From: an uncultured Candidatus Saccharibacteria bacterium
Lineage (GTDB): Bacteria > Patescibacteriota > Minisyncoccia > Phycocordibacterales > UBA9973
Assembly (NCBI GenBank): GCA_964450735.1
Contig: CAYVDC010000002.1
Coordinates: 64,703-128,702, forward strand
DNA length: 64,000 bases
Direction of reading: 5' to 3'
Position numbers and translations under genes: made by a program. The notes below the pieces were generated by a model, which made no database searches, was not told the origin of the DNA, and saw only the letters and a list, made by a program, of their open reading frames with translations. The stretch's first letter is position 1. Each line of letters starts with the position of its first letter. Below, one piece after another: positions 1 through 9,242 of the stretch.

Positions 1-734
1 AAGTCGGAGACCTTGCTTCCATTCTCACCAACCTCGCGCCTGGCGACATTATTTTCATCGACGAAATCCACCGCTTGAACAAAATGGTTGAGGAAGTCCT
101 CTACCCTGCTATGGAATCAGGCGTTTTGGATATCATCATCGGCAAAGGACCTTCGGCTCGAACCATTCAGCTCGAACTTCCTCCGTTCACCCTCATCGCC
201 GCCACTACCCGAATTGCGCTTCTCTCCGCTCCGCTCCGCTCGCGCTTCGGCGGCGGCGTCTTTCGCTTGGAGTTTTATTCTCAAGAAGAAATCCAAAAGA
301 TCATCCACCGCTCTGCGAAAATCCTCGGCGTTACCGTCGACGATGAAGGCGTAGCAGAGATCGCAAAACGCGCGCGCTTTACTCCCCGCACCGCGAACTA
401 TTTCCTCAAGCGCTGCCGAGACTACGCTCAAGTCCACAAAAAAGACCTCGACAAGAAAACAGTCTTCCTCGCCCTCTCACTCCTCGGCATCGACGAAGTC
501 GGACTTTCAGAATCAGATCGCAACATCCTCCAGACTATTATCGAAAAATTCAACGGCGGACCAGTTGGCTTGAACACAATTGCGGCTGCAACAAGCGAAG
601 AAGAAGCGACTATAGAAGAAGTCGTAGAGCCGTACCTCATTCAACAAGGATTGCTTGAACGAACAGCACGAGGACGTATTGCGACAAAAAAAGCGTATGA
701 TCATTTGGGATTTGAAGGGTTTATGGAGAAATAA
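1..734 (+). CDS. ruvB: Holliday junction branch-migration ATPase RuvB (5-prime partial; N-terminus outside the window)
   Basis: Translation in frame from nt 3 reads ...[63 protein letters not shown].., which matches the RuvB sensor/arginine-finger region and the C-terminal winged-helix domain. The track ORF 75..734 merely starts at an internal TTG. Confidence 0.85.
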   Translation, partial: VGDLASILTNLAPGDIIFIDEIHRLNKMVEEVLYPAMESGVLDIIIGKGPSARTIQLELPPFTLIAATTRIALLSAPLRSRFGGGVFRLEFYSQEEIQKIIHRSAKILGVTVDDEGVAEIAKRARFTPRTANYFLKRCRDYAQVHKKDLDKKTVFLALSLLGIDEVGLSESDRNILQTIIEKFNGGPVGLNTIAAATSEEEATIEEVVEPYLIQQGLLERTARGRIATKKAYDHLGFEGFMEK

Positions 735-737
735 AAA

Positions 738-770
738 AGAGAAGCTTTTTAGGGCTTCTCTTTTGTTTTA
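738..770. terminator. Bidirectional intrinsic terminator between convergent ruvB and the downstream minus-strand gene
   Basis: Perfect 8-bp stem agagaagc/gcttctct with an 8-nt loop, followed by a T-run on the plus strand and an A-run upstream (approximate coordinates). Confidence 0.6.
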
Positions 771-786
771 TATACTTTCTTATTTT

Positions 787-1287
787 TTACTGAACGTTAA
801 TTGTTGCAGTAAACATAGTATTAGTACTTCCACCGTCCCAATACTGCGAGCAAGTTATGGTAAGCACTGTTGTACCGCTTGATTGTGCGATAAAGTGAAA
901 AGTATCTGTACCAAAATCTCCCATTATGTATGGAGGTTGTGCCGGCTGTACTGGCCCTGTGTGCGATTGCGCACTCAAAGAAAGGATTGCTGCATTAAAT
1001 GCAGGCGGATTAATACTAAATCCTCCATCACCCGGGTTACCTAGCGTCAAAATAATCTTTTGGCCCTTAAAAACAGTAAATGTTTTATTGTTATCGCTGT
1101 GGGTCAAAACCAGTGGCGAAATTTCTGGCTTAGGTATACCAACAGTATCTACAGGTTTGGGGTGTATGGTGTCGATGTTGTAGTAGTTGTTGATAATTAT
1201 ATCCGGTTCTTTTTTGCAGCTATTAAAAGCGGCAAGGAAAACGATTGCAAGAATTGCGGCGGAAAAGGACAGGCGGAAAGTTTTCAT
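787..1287 (-). CDS. Secreted or lipo-anchored hypothetical protein (signal peptide; beta-rich)
   Basis: Start taken at the internal ATG, giving MKTFRLSFSAAILAIVFLAAFNSC (signal peptide ending in Cys) and a 166-aa product. No family is confidently recognised; a chagasin-like inhibitor fold is possible but unsupported. Confidence 0.5.
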   Translation of the reverse strand: MKTFRLSFSAAILAIVFLAAFNSCKKEPDIIINNYYNIDTIHPKPVDTVGIPKPEISPLVLTHSDNNKTFTVFKGQKIILTLGNPGDGGFSINPPAFNAAILSLSAQSHTGPVQPAQPPYIMGDFGTDTFHFIAQSSGTTVLTITCSQYWDGGSTNTMFTATINVQ

Positions 1288-1366
1288 ACTTGTTTGTTTT
1301 ATGTTTTTAAATAATGTGATGAATATCATATCACACTATTTTGTATTTGTCAATTTAGCCTATTCC

Positions 1367-1963
1367 CTATTCTTTGAGCATTTCAAGCGCCTCTTCCAAA
1401 ATCTCCGGGGTTCCATCGCCTATATCTACATGGGCAAAGTGGCCTTTATTTTTGAGAATAACCATCTTTGGATTGAGCCCTTCTTCAAAAGCCTGTTTAT
1501 TTTTTTGAACTGGAATAAGGTAATCGTCTTCGGAAAGAATGACAGTCGATCGTATTAGATTTGCTTTCACTTTTTTAAAATCTATTTTTCGGAGAAGCCA
1601 TCCAATGATAATAAGACGCGCTCCGAGGGAAATTAAAAAATTATAAGGGAATGTAACATAGTTCCATCCGCCACCCAACGCTCCCACCAGAAGAGCGCCG
1701 CCAGCTTTATTATTCTGCGATTGCAGCAAAAACATGGTTGCTCGAGTTCCGAGACTGTGCCCGATGAAATAGGTGTTCTCATCTATCACGCCAACCTTGC
1801 GACGAAGATATAACATCCAAAGCCATACCGGCGGAGTATAGGTCAGCGGCATTTTCAAGGCTTCAACCTGATATCCTCGCTCCAAAAGCTCCTTCGTAAG
1901 CCATGGAATAAAATCACGTTTCGGGCTCCCAGACCAGCCATGAATGATGAATATTCGTTTCAT
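1367..1963 (-). CDS. Alpha/beta serine hydrolase, RBBP9/YdeN-like family
   Basis: Starting at the internal ATG the protein begins MKRIFIIHGWSGSP..DFIPWL.. and contains the nucleophile-elbow motif GHSLG; the track start is an upstream non-ATG codon. Confidence 0.6.
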   Translation of the reverse strand: MKRIFIIHGWSGSPKRDFIPWLTKELLERGYQVEALKMPLTYTPPVWLWMLYLRRKVGVIDENTYFIGHSLGTRATMFLLQSQNNKAGGALLVGALGGGWNYVTFPYNFLISLGARLIIIGWLLRKIDFKKVKANLIRSTVILSEDDYLIPVQKNKQAFEEGLNPKMVILKNKGHFAHVDIGDGTPEILEEALEMLKE

Positions 1964-2047
1964 ATAAATCAGTATAACAAAAATGGAAATAAAAAATGCG
2001 CCGCATCTGTTTCCAGACGAGCGCATTAGGTAAAATCTAAATGTAAA

Positions 2048-4555
2048 TTATTGAATCGTTTCTCCTTTGTGTACATACGGACACCGTTCGTTAAACAGAA
2101 CCCATAGTTGTCTTGTTTGAGAAATGAATGTCCAAACGGTCATTGCTATTTTTTTAATAAACATGCCGGTAGGGGTAAGCACATATTGGTATAAAAGCAT
2201 TGCGGGTACGCGGATTGGGGTTGAAATAATCAGTGCCGCGTTCTTCCATTTCTGGTCGCTAACTTCCCTTTCTGCTATATATACTTTTTGTTTTTCAGCT
2301 ACTTCGGAAACCGCTTCTTCGAACGATTTTTGTTGTACGAAAACCATTTCAAAAACCCTAAAGATAAAGTACCGTTCTACTTTCACATCGCGGACGTGAA
2401 AGTAATCTGCCAGTCTTTTGGTTTGAGCACACGTCGTTTTAAACCGACCAATATTATCCTTGGTTAAAAGCGGAATAAATGTGCGCACAAACTTCGCTTT
2501 GTCATTTTTTATTTCAGAGTTTGTTGAGTATTGATAATCATTTCCGCCAAGCGATTTCGTATAGTGGTCAAATAGTAAGAACAGTCCAGTAGCTATTTCA
2601 GAAAGTACGTAATTCTTTGACTCTCCAGCTAGTTCCATAAGCCATGGGTTACTTTGTAAATCCTCAGCCGATAATACTTGTTGACCATATTGAAGTTTCT
2701 TCATAAACACAGCATTCAAAACCGAGGCATTTTTCCGGAAAATAAGCGTTTCTTCGTTTATTTTTTCGGTACCAAACCAGATGAATACCATCATTACTGC
2801 GGTCATAACCACAATTAAAAATGTTATCTGGCCATACTCTGTATATATAAGGCCTTGGCCTCCATATGTATACATTTCTTTCAGAAGAAGAAGGATGATT
2901 GCAGCCGATGTAGTTAAGCATACTTTACGTACTGACTGTGCATATTTGGCGAAACGGTCTTCGTTACTCCAAAGCCAGGTAACAAGTACAAGCGAAAGCA
3001 TGAGGAAAGCAAACGAAATTGAAACAACAAGGAACAAGCCTACTGCCAATTGAGCAAAAGCAACAATACCAGACCAAATACTTTGTATAAAGTGAACGGT
3101 CTGAAAAAGAAACACCAGAATATCCCACCACGCATACAACATTATTATCTGCTCCAGTGCGGGCAAAAAAGTAGCGAGGCTACAATACCAGAGTATTCTT
3201 TTTGCTTTTGCATGTTCACGGCCTCCAAATACATGAAGTAGTATAGCGCTGCCGGCAGTAAATACTGCTACTGTCGCCGCAACTTGCGTAAAGATATTTG
3301 CACCTATTATGCTCATACCTAAGAATACAACAAGAGTCCAGAAAAGTGCGAAAAGTATAGCAAGCACTATCACTACTCGTTTCCCCCAATACCATAAACT
3401 AACCTCGTTTGAATTAACCCAACTACCTAGTCGGTCGAAAATATCTGGTTGAGTTTTGGTAGTACTTTTGTCCCCCGCCATAAATAGAGATACAAAGTGG
3501 AGTAACCTATTTAGTATTAGGTAAGGCCCTGGGTATGCAGTTAGTGGTAGCAGCCATAAGGCCCCATTCCATCCTGTGCCTACCTTCATGCTGTAGTAGT
3601 GATGAAACACGGTAGCTCCAATAAATAGAGCTGGTGAAACAATCCAAAGCAGTATGTGTATCAACCATGTCATCCAGAATCCTGGGCAAATGGCTTTGTT
3701 TAATACAACTATTTTCTTAGGGAACCAGGCGGCATTGCTTCTGGCGCTGCGATACAGCATCCAGTAGATCCCGTCTTCCTGATTTACAGCAAAGTCACTT
3801 GCGTGGTTTTTTACCGAAAGAAATTTCTTATAACTTCTGTCTTCAAGCTCGCGGTCATCGTTCACCCCTTTATCATAAAGAGAGAATCCGAAATCTGCGT
3901 GCATGAATTCATAGGCCCAAGCTGGTTTTGTTTCGTCGCGTTTTGGTTCTAAATAATTTCCATCCAAAATTGTTTGGACAGTAATTAATTTTAACCGTAT
4001 TTTCAGCCTGTCGAGTTTGGTTTTGTAATATACTTTCGGGATCCGAGGCTTTTCGCCATACAGCGCGTCATACGCTTCGTATATTGCTTCCATTTGCACA
4101 ACAGTCAGCCTGCGTAGAGTTGATTCCATCGACATAAAGTCAATGTTTTCCCTCCATAAAAGCTTGCGGAATACTTCATCCGGCAATACTTCTAAGCGAC
4201 TGATAAGCCGTACAAAAACATTTTCGTGGTCGAAAAAGCTTTTTAGCTCATCTTTCCGTATTGCATGGTTCTGATAGGTGCCATTATGAAACCTGTGTAA
4301 ATATTTCCAAAAAGCAACTCCGGTAAGTACTGTTTCTTTGATGTGTTTACCGTTTAAAAATCCAAAGGGTTCGGTTTCCTTTTCTCCGGAAGTTTTAAAC
4401 GACGTATCAACAACTTTAGCGTCCGGTTTTTTGTTTCCGGGAAACATTTTGTTTAGGTGCAACGTGCTGTAATTAAACGTAGAAGCATTTGTGATTCTTC
4501 CAATGTTTAACTCGTAGTAATCTCTGAAATCCTGAAGTAGGTCTTTTTTATTCAT
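2048..4555 (-). CDS. Large polytopic membrane protein of unknown function (835 aa)
   Basis: ATG start. About 280 aa at the N-terminus are soluble, followed by at least 10 hydrophobic helices (about aa 300-600) and about 230 aa of soluble C-terminus. No recognisable catalytic motif. Confidence 0.6.
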   Translation of the reverse strand: MNKKDLLQDFRDYYELNIGRITNASTFNYSTLHLNKMFPGNKKPDAKVVDTSFKTSGEKETEPFGFLNGKHIKETVLTGVAFWKYLHRFHNGTYQNHAIRKDELKSFFDHENVFVRLISRLEVLPDEVFRKLLWRENIDFMSMESTLRRLTVVQMEAIYEAYDALYGEKPRIPKVYYKTKLDRLKIRLKLITVQTILDGNYLEPKRDETKPAWAYEFMHADFGFSLYDKGVNDDRELEDRSYKKFLSVKNHASDFAVNQEDGIYWMLYRSARSNAAWFPKKIVVLNKAICPGFWMTWLIHILLWIVSPALFIGATVFHHYYSMKVGTGWNGALWLLPLTAYPGPYLILNRLLHFVSLFMAGDKSTTKTQPDIFDRLGSWVNSNEVSLWYWGKRVVIVLAILFALFWTLVVFLGMSIIGANIFTQVAATVAVFTAGSAILLHVFGGREHAKAKRILWYCSLATFLPALEQIIMLYAWWDILVFLFQTVHFIQSIWSGIVAFAQLAVGLFLVVSISFAFLMLSLVLVTWLWSNEDRFAKYAQSVRKVCLTTSAAIILLLLKEMYTYGGQGLIYTEYGQITFLIVVMTAVMMVFIWFGTEKINEETLIFRKNASVLNAVFMKKLQYGQQVLSAEDLQSNPWLMELAGESKNYVLSEIATGLFLLFDHYTKSLGGNDYQYSTNSEIKNDKAKFVRTFIPLLTKDNIGRFKTTCAQTKRLADYFHVRDVKVERYFIFRVFEMVFVQQKSFEEAVSEVAEKQKVYIAEREVSDQKWKNAALIISTPIRVPAMLLYQYVLTPTGMFIKKIAMTVWTFISQTRQLWVLFNERCPYVHKGETIQ

Positions 4556-4659
4556 TGTTTTTAATTTTTTCGCATTCTACTTTGGTTTTAGGGTGTTGTC
4601 AATATTAAGCTTGGGGGCATTCTTGTCATTACAACTTCTTTTCGGTAAGCTGTACCAAT

Positions 4660-5184
4660 ATGAGCCACTCTCAATGGGAAAAGAAAAAAGGCAAAAAGGC
4701 CTCACAGGGCGACCGGATCAGCAAGCTCTATACGAAGCTTGTTCGTGTTATTACTCTTGAAGCAAAGAAGTCTGGCGGCAATCGTGAAAGCCCAGGACTT
4801 AAAGTCGCTATCCAGAAGGCGCGCGATGTTGATATGCCAAACGACAATATTGAACGGGCAATCAAGAAAGCGACCGATACTGCCGAGCAATTTGAACGAA
4901 TGACCTATGAAGCATACGGACCAGGCGGAGTTGGCATTATTATCGAAGCTCTCTCAACAAACCGAAACAAAGCTGCACAAGAAATCAAACATATTCTCTC
5001 CGAACACGGAACTGCCTTTGCCGGTATCGGTGCGGTTACTTGGGGCTTTGCCAAAACTGAAAACGAATGGGCACCGACAATGACCATTCCCCTTTCAGCG
5101 GAAGATACGGAAAAGTTGGAAGAGCTTGTTGATGAATTGGAAGGAAACGATGAGGTGCAGGCTGTGTTTACCAATGTGGAATAA
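4660..5184 (+). CDS. yebC: YebC/PmpR-family probable transcriptional regulator (compact 174-aa form)
   Basis: N-terminus MSHSQWEKKKGKKASQGDRISKLYTKLVRVITLEAKKSGGNRESPGLKVAIQKARDVDMPNDNIERAIKKA matches the YebC signature (HSKWANIKH..KIFTKL..), and C-terminal motifs YEAYGPGGVGIIIEALSTNRN are present. The middle domain is shortened relative to 240-aa homologues. Confidence 0.8.
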   Translation: MSHSQWEKKKGKKASQGDRISKLYTKLVRVITLEAKKSGGNRESPGLKVAIQKARDVDMPNDNIERAIKKATDTAEQFERMTYEAYGPGGVGIIIEALSTNRNKAAQEIKHILSEHGTAFAGIGAVTWGFAKTENEWAPTMTIPLSAEDTEKLEELVDELEGNDEVQAVFTNVE

Positions 5185-5201
5185 AATCTATACTTCGGGG
5201 G

Positions 5202-5987
5202 TTACTTTTCCTTTCCCCAAACAAACCGCGCCCATCTTTTATATATTTTTTCTTGGTTCTTGTAGTAATCCTTTTCGAATTTTGGATCTTTTTTAAAAAT
5301 ATCAATTTCCTTATATCCCTTTCCAGCTTTTGCGAGCCTAGGCAATGCCCTGACAACAACATCTTTTGGTGTAAGCCAATAAGTTGTATCAGATTGCGGT
5401 CGTACTGCCAATGCTGACTTTGTAACTGTTGAGCTAATATTAATCACCAGGCCGGAAATCCAGCTGTGGTGCCGGATTGCATTTTGTATGTACGCGCGAA
5501 CAATATTCTTAGATTCAGAAAACGACGTAAGGAATATAATATTGTGCTTATCCGCAACACTCCCTACCATTGATAGAATGAGTTTAATTCTTAGCCCTCT
5601 TTCAACCAATTGTTCAATCTTGTCAGTAACGATCCACGCTAAATACTTATAAGTGTTTACGTTTGATTGATATACAACAGGGTCTATTGTCTTAAGGGGT
5701 TCTATCTGCGGGAAGTTAACGTTTTCAAACTTATCAACTCCGATTGAATGTATGAGAGTGATTTTGTTGTATTTTGAAAAATCTACTTTTGAAAAGGCCG
5801 CCCTCAGGTCATCGGGCTTTGAGAGGTCCGCATAAATCCATAATAGGTTGTCTCTCTGTATGGATGAAATTGTTTTTCTTGATATACCAAGAACATCGGT
5901 ACCTTTCTGATTAGAAAATTTCCTTACAAACTCGGCTCCGATTTCTCCGGTTGCGCCTGCAACAATAACTAGATTTTTATTTACCAT
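5202..5987 (-). CDS. NAD(P)-binding Rossmann-fold protein (SDR/epimerase-like)
   Basis: ATG start; N-terminal dinucleotide-binding motif VIVAGATGEIGAEFV; 261 aa; substrate specificity unknown. Confidence 0.55.
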   Translation of the reverse strand: MVNKNLVIVAGATGEIGAEFVRKFSNQKGTDVLGISRKTISSIQRDNLLWIYADLSKPDDLRAAFSKVDFSKYNKITLIHSIGVDKFENVNFPQIEPLKTIDPVVYQSNVNTYKYLAWIVTDKIEQLVERGLRIKLILSMVGSVADKHNIIFLTSFSESKNIVRAYIQNAIRHHSWISGLVINISSTVTKSALAVRPQSDTTYWLTPKDVVVRALPRLAKAGKGYKEIDIFKKDPKFEKDYYKNQEKIYKRWARFVWGKEK

Positions 5988-6088
5988 AGTCTGTATTTTA
6001 CAATATTTGCGAAAATCGTCAAATTATCTTTTAAAAAACGCTAGTTAGTAGTCCTTTAGTTTACTATTATCTCTATATATGTTAACCT

Positions 6089-6925
6089 GTGTTAATGTTA
6101 GCTAAAGCATTAAAAGTAGAAGATCATATCTTGGATGTCTTGAACGAAGGTCAACAAAATACTTTGGATTTAATTCAGAAAGTTAAAGTAAGGCGGCCTC
6201 AGACAACCAAACAAGCCATCTATAAAGCCCTACGAGTCCTCAGGGGAAACGAAACGATTGTACAAAATAGAGAAGAGGTTGCGCTTTCCAGCGTATGGAT
6301 TAGGCATCTTCTAGACTTCGCCCAAAAAGCTGAGCTCAACTACAAGCATGGTGACAGGCCGAGCATTAACTTTCTCCAGCTCAAGCAAGGAGAGAAAATT
6401 TCATATACATTTACCACGTTCGAGGCTACGGACATGTTTTGGACGCACGCGGTGGACGTACTGTCGGATGTTGTGCCATCTTCATACCCTATCTTTCTCT
6501 ATAATCCTCACGAATGGTTTCTGCTCGCTCGTCACGAAACTGAAATGGATTTTTTCGATCACGCTACCAAAACCGGAAAAAAGATATTTCTCATCGCTGG
6601 CAATAAGGATCCACTTGATATACATGTATCAAAATATTTCGATGGAAAGAAAAGTAATTATTACGCTTCCCAAAAAGCGCTCTTTCCTAAAGATAATTAC
6701 TACTGCAATGTTTTCAATGATTTTGTCGTTGAAGCTTGGCTGGATCCTAAAACCTCTAAAATGATTGATGTTTTTTACAAAAAGACAAAAGGGTTCGATA
6801 AAAACATACAGCGGGATCTTTTGGAGATAATCCGGCAAAAAGGCCGGAATAAATTAGTTATCAGCAGAAATAAGCGCAAAGCGGATACGATACGGCAAAT
6901 TTTTAAAGGATATTTTTGGATTTAA
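6089..6925 (+). CDS. Hypothetical protein (278 aa), possible N-terminal winged-helix
   Basis: Long ORF with no competing overlapping ORF; no family recognised. It is divergent from the SDR-like gene across a 100-nt AT-rich promoter region. Confidence 0.45.
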   Translation: MLMLAKALKVEDHILDVLNEGQQNTLDLIQKVKVRRPQTTKQAIYKALRVLRGNETIVQNREEVALSSVWIRHLLDFAQKAELNYKHGDRPSINFLQLKQGEKISYTFTTFEATDMFWTHAVDVLSDVVPSSYPIFLYNPHEWFLLARHETEMDFFDHATKTGKKIFLIAGNKDPLDIHVSKYFDGKKSNYYASQKALFPKDNYYCNVFNDFVVEAWLDPKTSKMIDVFYKKTKGFDKNIQRDLLEIIRQKGRNKLVISRNKRKADTIRQIFKGYFWI

Positions 6926-6942
6926 TATGATACTATTCATTT

Positions 6943-7422
6943 ATGAAAATTCTAGGCATCGATCCCGGCTTTGAGCGTCTCGGCATCGCTATCATTGAAA
7001 AAGAAAAAGCTTCAAAGGAGAAGCTGCTTTTTTCTGAATGCTTTAAAACTTCCAAGTCGCTTGAATTTACCGAGCGATTAAAATTGATAGGTGCGCGAGT
7101 AGAAGAGCTGGTTTCTGGATACAAACCTGACTATCTTGGAATTGAAACGCTTTTTTTTGAAACTAATAAAACAACGGCTATGCGGGTCGCTGAAGTTCGA
7201 GGAACGATACTCTATATTGCAGCCAAGTATGGATTGAAGATCTGCGAATATTCTCCCCTTCAGATCAAGTCAGCTGTAACCGGCTATGGCAAAGCAGACA
7301 AGCAGGCTGTCATGATGATGGTGCCAAAATTGATCAAGATCGAAGGCGATCGTAAGATGATCGATGATGAGTTGGATGCTATCGCCATAGCTATTACGAC
7401 AAGTGCGTCTGAAAAACTGTAG
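6943..7422 (+). CDS. ruvC: Holliday junction resolvase RuvC
   Basis: MKILGIDPGFERLGIAIIEKE.. (catalytic Asp in the GIDPG motif), 159 aa, and ..ELDAIAIAIT at the C-terminus, typical of RuvC. Confidence 0.85.
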   Translation: MKILGIDPGFERLGIAIIEKEKASKEKLLFSECFKTSKSLEFTERLKLIGARVEELVSGYKPDYLGIETLFFETNKTTAMRVAEVRGTILYIAAKYGLKICEYSPLQIKSAVTGYGKADKQAVMMMVPKLIKIEGDRKMIDDELDAIAIAITTSASEKL

Positions 7423-7531
7423 GTTTTCCACAACTTTATCCTTTCTGTCTGTTGCGGCGCCTTTCTGTATTTGTTACAACATGTGCACGTTAGCAGTAGA
7501 GCCAAGTTTTGGCACATAAATTAAACATACT

Positions 7532-7720
7532 ATGAGTGAAGAAGAGGAAATAAAAGAACCGGTCATCGATGGAGAAGCTATTCCGAATTTGGATGATGCG
7601 TTTGAAGTTGAAGACGTAATTGTTGGAGAAGACGACCTCGGTGTTTTGACTGAAGCAGAGGAAGACGACGAAGATCTCGACACTGACTTTTTGATCGAAG
7701 ACCGCGATGGCATGCTTTAG
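7532..7720 (+). CDS. Small, extremely acidic hypothetical protein (62 aa)
   Basis: MSEEEEIKEPVIDGEAIPNLDDAFEVEDVIVGEDDLGVLTEAEEDDEDLDTDFLIEDRDGML. The ORF fills the gap between ruvC and the terminator with no overlapping alternative, but low complexity makes the call uncertain. Confidence 0.3.
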   Translation: MSEEEEIKEPVIDGEAIPNLDDAFEVEDVIVGEDDLGVLTEAEEDDEDLDTDFLIEDRDGML

Positions 7721-7730
7721 GATTTGTTAG

Positions 7731-7773
7731 CCAAAAATAAAATACCACGATTTTCGTGGTGTTTTATTTTTGG
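7731..7773. terminator. Bidirectional intrinsic terminator (convergent acidic ORF/ruvC operon versus tyrS)
   Basis: A stem of about 19 bp, ccaaaaataaaataccacg/cgtggtgttttatttttgg (one G-U), around a short loop, with U-runs on both strands (approximate coordinates). Confidence 0.55.
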
Positions 7774-7783
7774 CTTTCCGTAT

Positions 7784-9148
7784 CTAGATTGCTTTGACGC
7801 GTACGAATGTCATTTTGCCGATCTTCAAAGTTACTGTCTCAGTAACTACATATGTTGGATCGGTAATCTTTTCTCCGCTTTCAAGGTTGGTGACAGCGCC
7901 GCCCTCGATCAATCGTCGGAATTCGCTTTTTGATGGTACGAGATTGTTTGCCACGAGAATGTCAGCAAGCGATCCTTGTCCTGCAATCTCTGGGATCTCG
8001 TCTGGGATTTCTTTCTTTTGGAACTTGGTTACAAAGTCGTTTTCTGCATCGCGCGATGCTGCCTCGCCATGGTATTCAGCAACAATCTGTCGAGCAAGCT
8101 CCATTTTGAGATTCTTTGGATTTACTGAACCAGACGCAAGCTGCTCCTTGATCTCATCGAGGCGTGCATATGGCGTGTAAGTGCAGAGTTCAAAGTAATG
8201 AAGTATCGAAGTGTCAGGAATTGAAAGTATTTTGCCGTACATGTCTGCCGGATCATCGGTAATGCCGACGTAGTTATCCAAGCTCTTGGACATTTTTTCT
8301 TTGCCGTCAGTTCCTTCGAGGAGTTTGAATGAAAGCACTGCCTGCGGTTCTTTGCCATTCATGTCCATGACATCGCGTCCGACAAGCATATTGAAGTGCT
8401 GGTCTGTTCCACCAACTTCCAAATCGCATGAACCGTAGATGTCGGCAAGAACATTTGAATCAATACCCTGGAGAACTGGGTACATCATTTCATGCATGAA
8501 GATTGGCTCGCCTGCTTTGATGCGATCCTGGAACATATCGCGTTCAATCAATCGTCCATGACTGATGCGTCGGAGAACTGCGAGAATGTTGATAAGGGAG
8601 TAGTTCTTGATGCTGCCTTTTTGCATGCGGGTGCTTGCCCATGCGTTTGCCTTGGCGAGAATATTGTCGCCTGGAAGCGGTGGAGTTGTCACCTGCTGCC
8701 CATTGAGATCAATAGTAAGAGGAATACCGTCTTGCGCTACGACGTCGTTGATAGAAACAAACCAATCTGAGTTGCGGATCCATGAAAAAACTGAAGGGTC
8801 TGTTAGGAGAATTTTCCCTACCTGATCAAGATAAGTTCGCATATTGGCTTCAATTGTCTCTTGGCTGATCTCTGGACGGATCTTGCTTTTGCCGGTTGGG
8901 TCACCGATGGAACTCGTAAGATCTCCTACCAGGAAAATTACCTTACAGCCGAGATTCTGAAATTGGCGAAGCTTGCGCAAAACAACCGCATGGCCGAGAT
9001 GGAGATCTGGGCGCGTAGGATCCACACCAAATTTAATAACCACTTTTTCAGGGTTTTCGAGGATTTTCTTGCGGAATGATCCGGTTGGGTCGATGAATTC
9101 GCCAACGCCGCGGGACAATAATTCGTCTATGTCGATACTCTGTTTCAT
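7784..9148 (-). CDS. tyrS: Tyrosine--tRNA ligase
   Basis: HIGH-type motif ..GVDPTRPDLHLGHAVVLRKL..; KMSKS motif (KMSKSLDNYVGI); C-terminal S4-like tail. The track ORF starts 3 codons upstream on GTG; the first ATG is used here. Confidence 0.85.
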   Translation of the reverse strand: MKQSIDIDELLSRGVGEFIDPTGSFRKKILENPEKVVIKFGVDPTRPDLHLGHAVVLRKLRQFQNLGCKVIFLVGDLTSSIGDPTGKSKIRPEISQETIEANMRTYLDQVGKILLTDPSVFSWIRNSDWFVSINDVVAQDGIPLTIDLNGQQVTTPPLPGDNILAKANAWASTRMQKGSIKNYSLINILAVLRRISHGRLIERDMFQDRIKAGEPIFMHEMMYPVLQGIDSNVLADIYGSCDLEVGGTDQHFNMLVGRDVMDMNGKEPQAVLSFKLLEGTDGKEKMSKSLDNYVGITDDPADMYGKILSIPDTSILHYFELCTYTPYARLDEIKEQLASGSVNPKNLKMELARQIVAEYHGEAASRDAENDFVTKFQKKEIPDEIPEIAGQGSLADILVANNLVPSKSEFRRLIEGGAVTNLESGEKITDPTYVVTETVTLKIGKMTFVRVKAI

Positions 9149-9242
9149 AGAAATCACTTTAGCATATATGCGTAATTTTGTCCTTTCTCAAACGTCACCA
9201 ATAGCAAGTAGGGCCGAACACTAATATGGTATTATTAACAAC

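Noticed and set aside
787-1287. Chagasin-like (I42) protease inhibitor assignment for the small secreted protein
   Set aside because: It has a lipo/signal peptide and a beta-rich composition, but the diagnostic NPTTG and RPW loop motifs were not found; it is left as hypothetical.
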